Below, one piece after another: positions 9,046-18,945 of a stretch of 52,868 bases of DNA. The notes under the pieces were generated by a model. It worked only from the letters and a program-made list of their open reading frames with translations. It was not told the origin of the DNA and ran no database searches. Within the stretch, counting starts at the first letter, position 1, and the number at the start of each line of letters is the position of its first letter. A program made the position numbers and the translations under genes. The stretch is from Candidatus Latescibacterota bacterium (lineage in GTDB: Bacteria; Latescibacterota; UBA2968). The stretch is taken from the NCBI GenBank assembly GCA_022822565.1, contig JAJEAX010000047.1, positions 1-52,868 on the forward strand, in the 5' to 3' direction.

Positions 9046-9876
9046 TCAGTTAATAAATAACGGCTGATTGGATCGCGGTACAATACCCGCTTCTTCTGCC
9101 CGCGCAAAAAGATCGACCAGTGCAGCCTCGCCATCTGCACCGTAATCCAACGTGTACTCATTGACGTAGAGATCGATGTGCTGCTGCATCACGGCTTCGT
9201 CCATCTCCTGTGCGTGCTGGCGAATATAATTTTTAACTGCATCGGGATTCGAATGTGCATATTCCACACTGGCACAAAGAGATACATCAATCTTTTGAGT
9301 TTTTTCTACGCCCAGATCGCGTCGCGCAAGAATACCGCCGAGCGGAATGGGATGTCCCGTAGATCCCTCCCACCACTCGCCCAGATCAATGACTTTGTGC
9401 AAACCGTAATCGGGATAGGTAAAACGCGATTCGTGGATGATCACACCCGCATCGACATCGCCTTTTTGCGTAGCCTCCATTATCTCGTGAAAAGGCATCG
9501 CGACGAGGTTGTCAAGCTCAGGATTAAAGAGACGCAGCAAGAGCGCAGCCGTGGTGAGCTCGCCTGGAATAGCGATGCGTTTTCCCAAAAGATTGCGCGG
9601 ATCAAGGGAGTCGGACGCGATAACGAGCGGGCCACACCCGCGCCCCAATGCTCCCCCTGAATGCAACAGGCAATAGTGGTCGCGCATAAGTGCAAACGCA
9701 TGGAATGATATCTTGGTCATATCCAATTTACCAGCCATAGCCATGCGATTCAAGGTCTCGATATCTTCGAGAACCTCGCGGCATCTGGGCGCGCCATCTA
9801 TCTTCCCGTGAACCAGACCGTAAAAAATATACGTATCATTGGGACAAGGAGAATAACCAAGAGAAATGCGGGACAT
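9046..9876 (-). CDS. mqnD: 1,4-dihydroxy-6-naphthoate synthase (futalosine pathway)
   Basis: MSRISLGYSPCPNDTYIFYGLVHGKID.. is the characteristic MqnD N-terminus. The length is about 276 aa and the gene is adjacent to mqnB. Confidence 0.8.
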   Translation of the reverse strand: MSRISLGYSPCPNDTYIFYGLVHGKIDGAPRCREVLEDIETLNRMAMAGKLDMTKISFHAFALMRDHYCLLHSGGALGRGCGPLVIASDSLDPRNLLGKRIAIPGELTTAALLLRLFNPELDNLVAMPFHEIMEATQKGDVDAGVIIHESRFTYPDYGLHKVIDLGEWWEGSTGHPIPLGGILARRDLGVEKTQKIDVSLCASVEYAHSNPDAVKNYIRQHAQEMDEAVMQQHIDLYVNEYTLDYGADGEAALVDLFARAEEAGIVPRSNQPLFIN

Positions 9877-9889
9877 GGTGAACCTCGTG

Positions 9890-10609
9890 TCATAGAGCCT
9901 CAATGAATTTTCGCGCTGCAATTTGCACCCTCTGGACAGCGCGTGGAATATCCCAGACATCTTTGTTGCGGTCTTCCACATGGTTGCTTATAGCGCGTAA
10001 TTCAAGAAATGGAACCGCATAAAGGGTGCTAATATGCGCCGCAGCCGCGCCCTCCATGTTTTCGCATATCGCATTGAAACGCGCTGCCAGTTCATTGCCA
10101 ATATCCTCGCGCCCCGTACATTGTTGCACCGTAATAAAAGGCCCTTGCACAACGCATTCACCCGATTGTTCGAGTATGTGTTGCGCTCTGGCGACAAGCG
10201 CGGGATCAACAGGATACGTATTGTAATAATCGCGGCCTGCTGACAGGACGGGAATACCGATCTCATCGGCAGGAGACCATCCAGCAGGTGTGATAACGCC
10301 TAAATCGCCATAATTTTCCTCGGTCGCCAGTGCGAGATCGCCCTTGTCCAGGCCACTGCCGAGATAAGCACCACCAATGCCGATTTGCAGGACGAGTTCG
10401 GGATCAATTTCTTGCAGTGCAACAGTCAGAGCCTGCGCCGTATTGACCGCGCCAATACCCGTTTCAACCAGAACAACGGACCTGGTACCAATCATACCGC
10501 GAACCCAGGTGCGATGTCCCCTGTATTGCGTTGTCACCTGTTGAAGGCTGTCGCGCAAACACTGTTGCTCATAAGCCGTAGCTGTCAGAATGAGCAGAGG
10601 ATCGGGCAT
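9890..10609 (-). CDS. mqnB: futalosine hydrolase (nucleoside phosphorylase-I fold)
   Basis: It has PNP_UDP-type blocks (VLVETGIGAVNTA; QIGIGGA; ENMEGAAAA). It is adjacent to and co-oriented with mqnD. The start could be 10630. Confidence 0.7.
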   Translation of the reverse strand: MPDPLLILTATAYEQQCLRDSLQQVTTQYRGHRTWVRGMIGTRSVVLVETGIGAVNTAQALTVALQEIDPELVLQIGIGGAYLGSGLDKGDLALATEENYGDLGVITPAGWSPADEIGIPVLSAGRDYYNTYPVDPALVARAQHILEQSGECVVQGPFITVQQCTGREDIGNELAARFNAICENMEGAAAAHISTLYAVPFLELRAISNHVEDRNKDVWDIPRAVQRVQIAARKFIEAL

Positions 10610-10619
10610 GGTCGGGCAC

Positions 10620-11639
10620 CTAAAAAGCAAAGGGCATCTTCAGAGACACGGTTCGCCGTGCGGATTCGTACCATCCCTGAGGCGCGAAATGATCGGAATG
10701 CAAATAGCATTTTACATCTACCTGATCGCACCCTTCCGTAAAGGTCAAAACACGACTCATTGGCACGTTCTTTTGCCCGTGAAATTTTGAAATTGCAGCG
10801 ACATTGATAAATGTCGTGCCCCACTTCTGTTCCACATGCGAACGCCCGCCGGTCGTATCTTCGGGATTTGTATGTGTATGCCCGCCCAGCCAAATATCAC
10901 AAACACCGGGATTATCTGTCAGAATACCTTCAAATTGTCCGCTATCTGGCTTGCCACCCACCCAGTAGAGATACGAAGCCCCAATAGGCGCGCCATCGTC
11001 AAAACGACCGTGATAGCCTTCATCCACCCCCACCCAATCGAGCGAAGCAACCGTCGTCTCTTTTAACATATGGTGATGTGCAGAAATGATAATTCTATCC
11101 CGATTGGAAAGCACCATATCGCGCCACCATTCATAAGTCTCCTGCGTGACTGCTCCTGCGGGATAACCGCCCCTTTTACCTCGCCCCACAGGCGGTCCAC
11201 CGTCATTGCGATCTCCCATACACAAAAACAGAATATTGCCCACCTCAAAAGAATACCGATCCCACTGTCCGGTTACGGGATACGGTCGTTGGTCGGCATA
11301 AACACCCGAATATTCGGAACTCGCACCCATCGGATCCACCCACTTTTGAAACCACCACTGCGTCTCTTCATCGGGACCACTCGCATCGTGATTGCCCACG
11401 ATATTATAAAAATGCGACCGCGGATGTCTGGTCGATACACTGTATTGCCGAACCACCTCCTCGCCTTCTTCATCATCCGGCGGTTCCTGTGCCCCGGATA
11501 GATCGCCAATATCGAGCATCACATCCCATTCAAAATCTCGCTCTGCCTGCAAAATGGCTGTTTCCAAACTCTTTCGCCCATGCCGCAGATCCGTTCCCAC
11601 ATGTGCATCTCCACCAGCCCAGAGTGTGAATGCGCTCAT
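10620..11639 (-). CDS. calcineurin-like metallophosphoesterase
   Basis: GGDAHVG, IGDLSG, VGNHDA and SAHHH..GGHTH are metallophosphoesterase motifs. The ATGA overlap with the upstream PhyH gene suggests translational coupling. Confidence 0.8.
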   Translation of the reverse strand: MSAFTLWAGGDAHVGTDLRHGRKSLETAILQAERDFEWDVMLDIGDLSGAQEPPDDEEGEEVVRQYSVSTRHPRSHFYNIVGNHDASGPDEETQWWFQKWVDPMGASSEYSGVYADQRPYPVTGQWDRYSFEVGNILFLCMGDRNDGGPPVGRGKRGGYPAGAVTQETYEWWRDMVLSNRDRIIISAHHHMLKETTVASLDWVGVDEGYHGRFDDGAPIGASYLYWVGGKPDSGQFEGILTDNPGVCDIWLGGHTHTNPEDTTGGRSHVEQKWGTTFINVAAISKFHGQKNVPMSRVLTFTEGCDQVDVKCYLHSDHFAPQGWYESARRTVSLKMPFAF

Positions 11640-12520
11640 TGCGACCCCCGCCAACCGATGTCAATACTCGTGTATCCATCCGTATATCGCTTCAAATGGT
11701 CCGGTATATTTTTCAAAAACCACTGGCCCGATTCCGGTATCTCCCAAGGAATATCGATCCTGTGATTGCGATCTCTAAACCCAATCGCGCACGAAAGGCG
11801 CGTATCCTCCAACCGATTGGGAAATGCGCCGTGGTACGTGCGGTGGGCAAACACAATCATATCTCCCCCATTTGTGAACAGAGGCACCAACCCCGGAATA
11901 TCAAATCCCGCGTAGCGATGTTCTTCCTCACCTTCGGGATAAAACGAGCGTCGATCTGTCGTCATCTTAAATCCTTCGGGACCTTCCCATCCCTTCACAT
12001 GGGAATCTTCAATCACACACAGACCGCCGTGAACCGGACGCGATCCCGTCAGGTAAAACCACTTGCCCGACGGCCAGAGTCCGCGATTCAACACATCGCC
12101 CGAGTTCAAAATTTTATCGGAATATCCACACCAATCCGTATGCCACCCCACGGGCTGAGACTCCGACATGCGGATAATCGCAGCAGAGCGATGGACGGTC
12201 AGATCATCTGAACCAATTAAATGCCGGTGAATATCCATAAATGGCTCGTATTCCAAAAGCTCCCATGCACCCGGTCCAGATTCGATCCACGCATGTCGCG
12301 TGCGACTCTGCCCGCCCTCTAACGTACCGTCTGGATCTGTACCGTCATACACTGCCTGTTTGAGCTTCTCCACAATCTCATCCGGCAACACATCTTTAAT
12401 AATCGCAAACCCGTGCGCTTCCAGGCATTCGGACATTGCATCGAGTTCATCTGTCTCAAACTCATAACAATAGCCCAAATCGGGCTTTTTAATATGTGAG
12501 TAGTCTGCTTTTAATGCCAT
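11636..12520 (-). CDS. phytanoyl-CoA dioxygenase (PhyH) family Fe(II)/2-oxoglutarate oxygenase
   Basis: PhyH-like layout with GWHTDW (the HxD facial-triad region) and a distal FAHRTYHGAF His. AAGGAG precedes the ATG. Confidence 0.7.
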   Translation of the reverse strand: MALKADYSHIKKPDLGYCYEFETDELDAMSECLEAHGFAIIKDVLPDEIVEKLKQAVYDGTDPDGTLEGGQSRTRHAWIESGPGAWELLEYEPFMDIHRHLIGSDDLTVHRSAAIIRMSESQPVGWHTDWCGYSDKILNSGDVLNRGLWPSGKWFYLTGSRPVHGGLCVIEDSHVKGWEGPEGFKMTTDRRSFYPEGEEEHRYAGFDIPGLVPLFTNGGDMIVFAHRTYHGAFPNRLEDTRLSCAIGFRDRNHRIDIPWEIPESGQWFLKNIPDHLKRYTDGYTSIDIGWRGSQ

Positions 12521-12534
12521 TAAAAACTCCTTTT

Positions 12535-15228
12535 CTATTTCAACTCAAAATCACTTGTGCCAACCGCGTGTCGTTCTACATCCCCATCTCGAATGGTCAC
12601 AAACGCCGATGTCCGAATCTGCAATTGCACTGTGCCCTCAATCTCCCGAAGCGGAAAAAAGCAATGCACCGCCCCCGTATTTGTAATGCGAAAACCGGGA
12701 TCGTCTTCGAGAATGACATGCTCACCCTCCATGCGTTGAACGCGCAATCCGCGCGTTGTGCCATCGCCAAATGTCACTACGGCAACAGCACCATCTATAT
12801 TACCCATTTCAGGCGTACCATTCACGACCAGTGCATGATACGGCGCACCATCCTGTATTCGCAACACATCTGTAACCTGCCCCGTATAAATACCTCCGCC
12901 TGTTAATTGAGCGGTCTGCCATTGCACCTTCTCTCCACCCCATAAACCCATAATTCGCGCCTCACCATCCTGTTCGCGCACAAAACCGACTTCACCTTGA
13001 AAAGTGAGATCGCCCCTGTGCAAGACTTCTGTCCCAGGTTGTAGAACAATATGGTCTGTAACCCCCCGGTGGCGCACTTTCATATACACACCGCGCTCGC
13101 CAATATCCTCTACCTCAACAGAATCGACAAATGCCTGGCCTTGAAACGGTTCGTGAATAGCGAGAAACCGACTCGGCGCTCTACCTTTTTGCCGAACCAT
13201 CAACATGGGCATGCGAAAGTGATCGAGCAGCGGTTCATCTTCGTCTGCGCGTCGCACAGAAGGCGCGTCACCCACAAAAAGTTCGCTATCCATTAACCCC
13301 ATAAGATGAATACGCACGGCAACAGCATCATTTCCCTGAAAGGTGACACGCGCATCCTCTGCACGATCGCTATGCAACACATTCTGGAAAAATGCAAGCG
13401 CGACATTCCGTCCCTCTGCATCCCCCCGGTCGCGTTCGTGTTCTGGAAACCGCACCTTCACACCCGGCAAAAGGTTTTCGCCATAGTCCTGCAAAGGCAC
13501 ACTGACCTCTGCCCGCATATCACCATCCGCGCTTCCGTGCATCACCCAATCACGCTGATCGCCGCCCCGCACGCGAAATACGTCAACCACATAGTGATCT
13601 TCTCCCCCCGCATTTACAAGCATAACGAATCGTCGATATTCTTCGGCAAGTCCGGGATATACACCCTCCCCACTCGCTTCCACCCATTGCACCGCGTCAT
13701 AAGCGGCTTCAAAAGCCAGTAGAGAACCGTCTGTTATGTCCCTCCTATCGATGTGCTGCTCTTTTTCATTGATCAATACGGTATTGTGACACAAGGTGCT
13801 CGCTGCCCAGCTTCGGTATCGGGTATGGGTATAGCCCACATCGGAGAGCAATTCCTGCCCTTTGGCAAAAAGCATCAGATTCAAATTGTCCGCATGGGCA
13901 TGCCCATAAGCCCCCGAAAAATGCAGATGTACCTGTATTTGATGTTCGCCCTTTCCCTTCCCTAACCATGCATGCCCAACACCCGGCAGCAATGTCGGAT
14001 ACGACTGTTCAAGCGGTTTGACATTGGGATCGACCCGTCGGCTATCCAACCGCGCCCAAGCATCGTGCATGGGAATCCATCGCCCATCTGGATATCTGCA
14101 AATATCCAGAAGCCGATTTGCCTTTTTCACAATATCAATATCTCGTTCCAAATCGAGATTGTCGTATCGCACGCCATCGTCCGACACATAGCCCAACGGA
14201 TCGGAATACCCTTTCAGCGCGTCAAATACGCCCTGCATACCGGCCATTGTCATCCGGTGGTACCCCAAACTGCCTTCATGCCAGAATCCATCCGCATAAA
14301 ATTGACGCTCAAACAGCCCCATACTACGTCGAACCGCTTCATGCACAAGTTCTGGATCGCCCAAAACGCGACCAATCACCGCATATCCGACGTAAATTCG
14401 GGGGCTTGCATTGCCATAAGTAATCTCTTGAAAACCTTCCTGGCGAATGGTCCCACGAAAAAAATCGTCCTCAATCCGCTGCTTGACATCGGTCCCACTC
14501 GCATCGGACAACCGCTCCAATTCACCACTCGTATAAATCGCATCATAAGCCATAGCCAGATTGGTCGGCATTTCATCAGCACGCCACCGACCCCACTTTC
14601 CCCCAAAATTTGGATAGGGCGGTTCAAACACAAAACCCTTTTGTTCGTGTGCCCGATCATAACTCACCAGAAAACCCGGATAATACTGCGCGAATGCGTC
14701 CAGAATCAATACCGCACGCCGCGCATACGTCGCATCGCCAGTTGCCTGGTATAATTGCCCCAAATCTTCCGCAATCGCCGCAAAATACACGCGCGCTTCC
14801 CGCCACGCCTTTGCTCGAAAATAATATCTAAAGCCCGTCTCATCTTCCCAAAATGGATATGTCACCGTCTCCCCCACCGGGTTGACGACCGTCAGCACCT
14901 GGTCATCGGGATACGTCTCATTGGGAAATACCATCTCGCAATACCGACACTGCACGCGATGAGGATCTTTAATCGACCAGCGCAACTGCCCTTCCTGAGC
15001 ACCCGCATCACAATCGGGACATCCCACAAAACGAAATCCCGTCTTATTGGGGATCAACGCCACCATTTCCGCTTCGGAAAGCGCCATCACCGCTCGCACG
15101 CGCCGTTTCAAACGCGCGATTTCCTTCTCCGTTAAATTCACCTGATAAACCGGGCGTTTACTGGCTTGCATAGCCAACACTCCTGTGAAAATTTGTATTA
15201 TAATTAAAAAAAGAATACGTATTGACAT
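12535..15228 (-). CDS. heparinase II/III-like polysaccharide lyase family protein with an N-terminal Cys4 zinc-ribbon-like segment
   Basis: The signal/anchor is MSIRILFLIIIQIFTGVLA. GCPDCD..(18 aa)..CRYCE is a Cys4 segment. The central alpha/alpha toroid-like region contains DAFAQYYPGF, and the Hepar_II_III-like block is GYGHAHADNLNLMLF..HNTVLINEKEQ. Confidence 0.75.
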   Translation of the reverse strand: MSIRILFLIIIQIFTGVLAMQASKRPVYQVNLTEKEIARLKRRVRAVMALSEAEMVALIPNKTGFRFVGCPDCDAGAQEGQLRWSIKDPHRVQCRYCEMVFPNETYPDDQVLTVVNPVGETVTYPFWEDETGFRYYFRAKAWREARVYFAAIAEDLGQLYQATGDATYARRAVLILDAFAQYYPGFLVSYDRAHEQKGFVFEPPYPNFGGKWGRWRADEMPTNLAMAYDAIYTSGELERLSDASGTDVKQRIEDDFFRGTIRQEGFQEITYGNASPRIYVGYAVIGRVLGDPELVHEAVRRSMGLFERQFYADGFWHEGSLGYHRMTMAGMQGVFDALKGYSDPLGYVSDDGVRYDNLDLERDIDIVKKANRLLDICRYPDGRWIPMHDAWARLDSRRVDPNVKPLEQSYPTLLPGVGHAWLGKGKGEHQIQVHLHFSGAYGHAHADNLNLMLFAKGQELLSDVGYTHTRYRSWAASTLCHNTVLINEKEQHIDRRDITDGSLLAFEAAYDAVQWVEASGEGVYPGLAEEYRRFVMLVNAGGEDHYVVDVFRVRGGDQRDWVMHGSADGDMRAEVSVPLQDYGENLLPGVKVRFPEHERDRGDAEGRNVALAFFQNVLHSDRAEDARVTFQGNDAVAVRIHLMGLMDSELFVGDAPSVRRADEDEPLLDHFRMPMLMVRQKGRAPSRFLAIHEPFQGQAFVDSVEVEDIGERGVYMKVRHRGVTDHIVLQPGTEVLHRGDLTFQGEVGFVREQDGEARIMGLWGGEKVQWQTAQLTGGGIYTGQVTDVLRIQDGAPYHALVVNGTPEMGNIDGAVAVVTFGDGTTRGLRVQRMEGEHVILEDDPGFRITNTGAVHCFFPLREIEGTVQLQIRTSAFVTIRDGDVERHAVGTSDFELK

Positions 15229-15229
15229 T

Positions 15230-16522
15230 TTAATTTTCACTCTCATCCAAACGCGCGCGAAACCCGGGCAAAAGAGCTGTTACCAGAGCCGTTGCAACCA
15301 TGGCGATACTGGTGTGTAAACCGAGGGCAAAAGGCGCGCCATAGACTTCGGTGAGTTTGCCAATTTGCAGGCTACCAAGCGGTCCTGCGCCAATGGCGAG
15401 GACAAGTGTACCCATTGCGCGATCTCTCATATCATCTCGGGCAGCGATAAGCATAATTGAGCTTTGCATCACAGTAAAAAATGCATGCCCCAGGCCAGCA
15501 AGTATGAGGAGAAAGATGGCGAGTGGAAAGGCAACCGACGTGCCGAACAGGGTGAGTGCACCAACCCAGGACGTGCTAAAGGCAAAGACAAACAGCGCAA
15601 GAGACTGGAAAAGCGATCCAGCGGAAAATATCCAGCCGCGACTGAGGCGCGAGCGCAATATATTAACCGCGTAAAGGCCAAAAAACGCCCCAATACCATT
15701 GCACGCGCCCAGCACACCGTATTCAAGTGGCCCCTTGTGAAGAATATCGTGTGTAAAAATGGGCAGGATGGTCTGGTAGGGAAACGCCAGAAAATTCATG
15801 ATCACAGTAATGAGTAGCGTACCCATAATCGGCTGGCTGGTACGTATGTATTGCAAGCCTTCGCGCATCAGCGTCCACGGAGAGGTTTTGAGAATCGCGG
15901 GATGACGCGGCACTTTGACGCGCAGCATGATCAGGAATGAAATAAGGGAAATAAAAAAAATAGTGATATAACAGTCCAGTACGCCAAATAAAGCGTAAAT
16001 ATATCCGCTTAAAAAAGGCCCAATCATGCGAGCGATATTTTGGGTAACGCTTTCGAGCATCATCGCTTCAACCGTGCGCTGCTTGCCGACCAGATCGGGT
16101 ACCAGGGCGCGACGAGCAGTCCAGTTGAGAGACCACGAGATGCCAAATAACACTGCGCCAACCGCAAGATGCCAGAATGCCAGCCGGTTGGTCCAAATCA
16201 GTAGGCCAATCATTGCGAGGACCAGTACGCTGAGCCACTGCGAGAAAATCACGATACGAATGCGCCCAACGCTATTGATCAATGGGCCAGCGATAAAACC
16301 GATGAGCAACAGGGGAATAGATCGGTAAAAGCCAATCAGTGCGACGTCAAACGCAGAGTGGGTAATCTCAAAAACGAGCCATCCCACGACAATCATTTCC
16401 ATCCACATGGCCTGCCACCAGAGCATATTGCTCAGGATCAGGTAGCGAAAGCCGCGATTGCCCAGGGGAGCAAGGGACCCTCGAAAGGAGATGACAAATT
16501 TTCCCGTTCTTCTAATGCGCAT
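15230..16522 (-). CDS. MFS transporter
   Basis: About 12 hydrophobic helices and a typical MFS loop between TM2 and TM3. The substrate is unknown. Confidence 0.75.
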   Translation of the reverse strand: MRIRRTGKFVISFRGSLAPLGNRGFRYLILSNMLWWQAMWMEMIVVGWLVFEITHSAFDVALIGFYRSIPLLLIGFIAGPLINSVGRIRIVIFSQWLSVLVLAMIGLLIWTNRLAFWHLAVGAVLFGISWSLNWTARRALVPDLVGKQRTVEAMMLESVTQNIARMIGPFLSGYIYALFGVLDCYITIFFISLISFLIMLRVKVPRHPAILKTSPWTLMREGLQYIRTSQPIMGTLLITVIMNFLAFPYQTILPIFTHDILHKGPLEYGVLGACNGIGAFFGLYAVNILRSRLSRGWIFSAGSLFQSLALFVFAFSTSWVGALTLFGTSVAFPLAIFLLILAGLGHAFFTVMQSSIMLIAARDDMRDRAMGTLVLAIGAGPLGSLQIGKLTEVYGAPFALGLHTSIAMVATALVTALLPGFRARLDESEN

Positions 16523-16588
16523 GGCCGAGTTTCAAATCCACCCTTCAGAACATGGAGAATATAACCCGTTGCGATGACCTCTGCTCTT

Positions 16589-17161
16589 TTACCGCCCAAT
16601 CTCAAAATTACGCGCCACGGCCCGTGCCATGGTCACGAGAACATCGCTGTCGATGCGCTCGCGATAATTGGGATTAATATATTGAAATTGGATCTTGCGA
16701 TTGGGTGCTATCACAAAGACCGATGGCACGGGCAAAGCACGTCTTCTGTTATTCATAAACGCAACACCATAAGCCTTTGCCGCTTCAAATTCCACATCCG
16801 ATAATAGCGTAAACTCGAGGCCCACTCGATCGCGCACCTCAGCCAATTTTTCAGGTGGGTCGGGCGCAATAGCAATAATTTCAAAACCCACCTCCTCCAA
16901 CTGTGACTTCAGTTCTTGCAGTTGTCCCAACTGCCGTCGGCAGTGCGGTCACCAGTATCCGCGATAAAAAACCAAAACCGTCGGCTTTTTGTGCGCACCC
17001 AGGTCAAAATCCCGCCCATTCGCATCGACGAGCGTCAGCGCGGGAACTTCATCGCCAACCATCAGGGGATGCACTTTATTGGGCGCATCGGGCAATTGCG
17101 CGTGCCCCCATCCAAAAGTACCAAACACCACCAGCAATGCGATCCAGATTGTTTTCTTCAT
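16589..17161 (-). CDS. secreted AhpC/TSA-redoxin (Prx-like) protein with in-frame UGA, a candidate selenoprotein (U-x-x-C)
   Basis: The two track ORFs (16949..17188 and 16589..16930) are in one frame, separated only by TGA at 16949-16951. Read-through gives VLVFYRGYW-U-PHCRRQL.., matching the FxRGxWCPxC redoxin motif. GAGGAG precedes ATG 17161, and the signal peptide is MKKTIWIALLVVFGTFGWGHA. Confidence 0.75.
16918..16951 (-). promoter_or_regulatory. UGA codon plus candidate bacterial SECIS hairpin
   Basis: On the mRNA: UGA-CCGCACUGCCGACG-GCAGUUG-GGA-CAACUGC. This is a perfect 7-bp stem starting 15 nt after the UGA, with a G-rich apical loop 22-24 nt downstream. Confidence 0.55.
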
Positions 17162-17191
17162 AAAAATCTCCTCTGTATTAAATGACAAACA

Positions 17192-18661
17192 TTACAATGA
17201 GAGAATCTTCTTGATCTTTCCCGGCTGCGCCCAGTTGCATTTCCCCTCTCCGTTGAGTTGTCTCAACAAAGTGGGAATACCAGGATGTTGAAGTGCAGAG
17301 CAAATCCGTTCTGCATCGGCTCTGTTCCAACAAGGGATAAACGCCTGCATCGCTTGATTCGCCTGCCACACCTGTCCTTCCACACTGTTTAAGATCACCG
17401 GATGAAAGTTACTCTTACCATACGCCTCCCAAATAACCTTATAAGGTGCAAAAGAATACGGACCAACGCCGAGCAGTGACCACCAGACGCCTTTGGCAAT
17501 GGCAGATCGGATCAAGGTACCTCTCCGATCTTCAAGTTTGTCTCTAACCGCAATGAGATATTGTCTCAGTTCAGCATATTGCTCAATACTGGCCCACGAA
17601 AGCGGTCGTCCTGTATTTCTATTGTATGGAAGCAAAATCCATTTATGCGGGACCAGATCCCCATTCTTCCATATCTCCTTTGTCGCAAGCGGAAAGAGAA
17701 ATTCCTCAGGCAGATGAGTTGGTTTATCCTCGAACATAAAAATCGCATTCGCGCCACAAGTATTTACGCCCTGACGCGGTTTCTGGTCAGGATATAATTC
17801 AACATTTATGGTGCTATCGAGATCAGCAGTATCTCCACGTTGAAGAACGCGCCATTGATCGTCAGATGCCTTGAGAGGAACCGCACGGTGTTCGATCCAC
17901 TCATCACTGCGCTCTTTGAAATATCTGACGGGGAATTTATGCGGCACATCCATGCGAAACCTGGCGCAGCAATAAGATGTACCTACCCCCCCGAACACCT
18001 CTGTCGCGGTAAACTCACAGACCTCATCCACCGCAAATCTCCGATGGTTCGCAATATAGTCTCTGAATCCCCTGTGAGCATCACCTGAGAAGAGAGAAAG
18101 TGGTACATAGAAACACCCTATCCCATTCTTCCGCAGTAAATTACCCAGTACGACCTTCAAAACCAGAGCCGCTATATCGGTGCGCGAAGTGCCGAGAAGA
18201 ACCTGTTTTTTATCGGGAACCAGGCCTTCTGCCACAAAATAAGGTTTGAGTCTCTCCTTATATGAATCGGACAAATCCGTAAAATTTGCCCATGGTGGGT
18301 TGCCAAACAAGATGTCGTACTCGGCATTTGGAGGATCTGTAATCACATCTAATGCGAGAAGTTGCGATGAGGGAAAATCAATCGCGAATTTCCGATACGC
18401 TTTAAGTTGAAATGCCTGAAGATGTGACGCACGGACCTCGATCAAAGTCAGCCGAGAAAGAAGCTCTGGCGACACCCGAACACCTCTCGACCTGGCGAGA
18501 CGGAATAGCGCGAGCGCGAAAGCACCCTGTCCTGCAGTCGGGTCACAAACAGACGCCCCATCAATCCACGCATCGAAAATACCCCACCGCTTGATAAGCC
18601 ATTCTGCCCATTTAATCGGAGTAAAGACCTGCCAGACCTCAACATTCTGGAAATCATCCAT
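17192..18661 (-). CDS. gamma-class N6-adenine DNA methyltransferase (TaqI/Eco57I-like), no adjacent endonuclease
   Basis: AdoMet motif I is VCDPTAGQGAFALA. Catalytic motif IV is FGNPPWANF. The motif order I then IV places it in the gamma class. Confidence 0.8.
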   Translation of the reverse strand: MDDFQNVEVWQVFTPIKWAEWLIKRWGIFDAWIDGASVCDPTAGQGAFALALFRLARSRGVRVSPELLSRLTLIEVRASHLQAFQLKAYRKFAIDFPSSQLLALDVITDPPNAEYDILFGNPPWANFTDLSDSYKERLKPYFVAEGLVPDKKQVLLGTSRTDIAALVLKVVLGNLLRKNGIGCFYVPLSLFSGDAHRGFRDYIANHRRFAVDEVCEFTATEVFGGVGTSYCCARFRMDVPHKFPVRYFKERSDEWIEHRAVPLKASDDQWRVLQRGDTADLDSTINVELYPDQKPRQGVNTCGANAIFMFEDKPTHLPEEFLFPLATKEIWKNGDLVPHKWILLPYNRNTGRPLSWASIEQYAELRQYLIAVRDKLEDRRGTLIRSAIAKGVWWSLLGVGPYSFAPYKVIWEAYGKSNFHPVILNSVEGQVWQANQAMQAFIPCWNRADAERICSALQHPGIPTLLRQLNGEGKCNWAQPGKIKKILSL

Positions 18662-18900
18662 AAAATTCTTCTCAATTCATTCCAGTGCAATTAGTTATGC
18701 CAATCATCTGACGATTTTTCTTCAACGCAACCAGATACTGATTTCGGATCCATTTCTCCTTTGATATTACATATCGCATTTATACACATATGTTTGTCAA
18801 AATTCAATCCGATTATACCCGCCTGACAATCACCTGTCAACCGATTTGTGTCAATGAGGCGCGGGAATATCCCATTCCATTGGTTATTTTTAATCCGTTC

Positions 18901-18945
18901 AATTAAAAAAGACAGCACTGGGAAAATTGCCAGTGCTGTCTTTTT
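18901..18945 (-). terminator. bidirectional rho-independent terminator ending the sulfatase operon
   Basis: GACAGCACTGG-gaaaattg-CCAGTGCTGTC is flanked by an A-run and a T-run. It lies about 130 nt downstream of the sulfatase stop at 19079. Confidence 0.8.
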
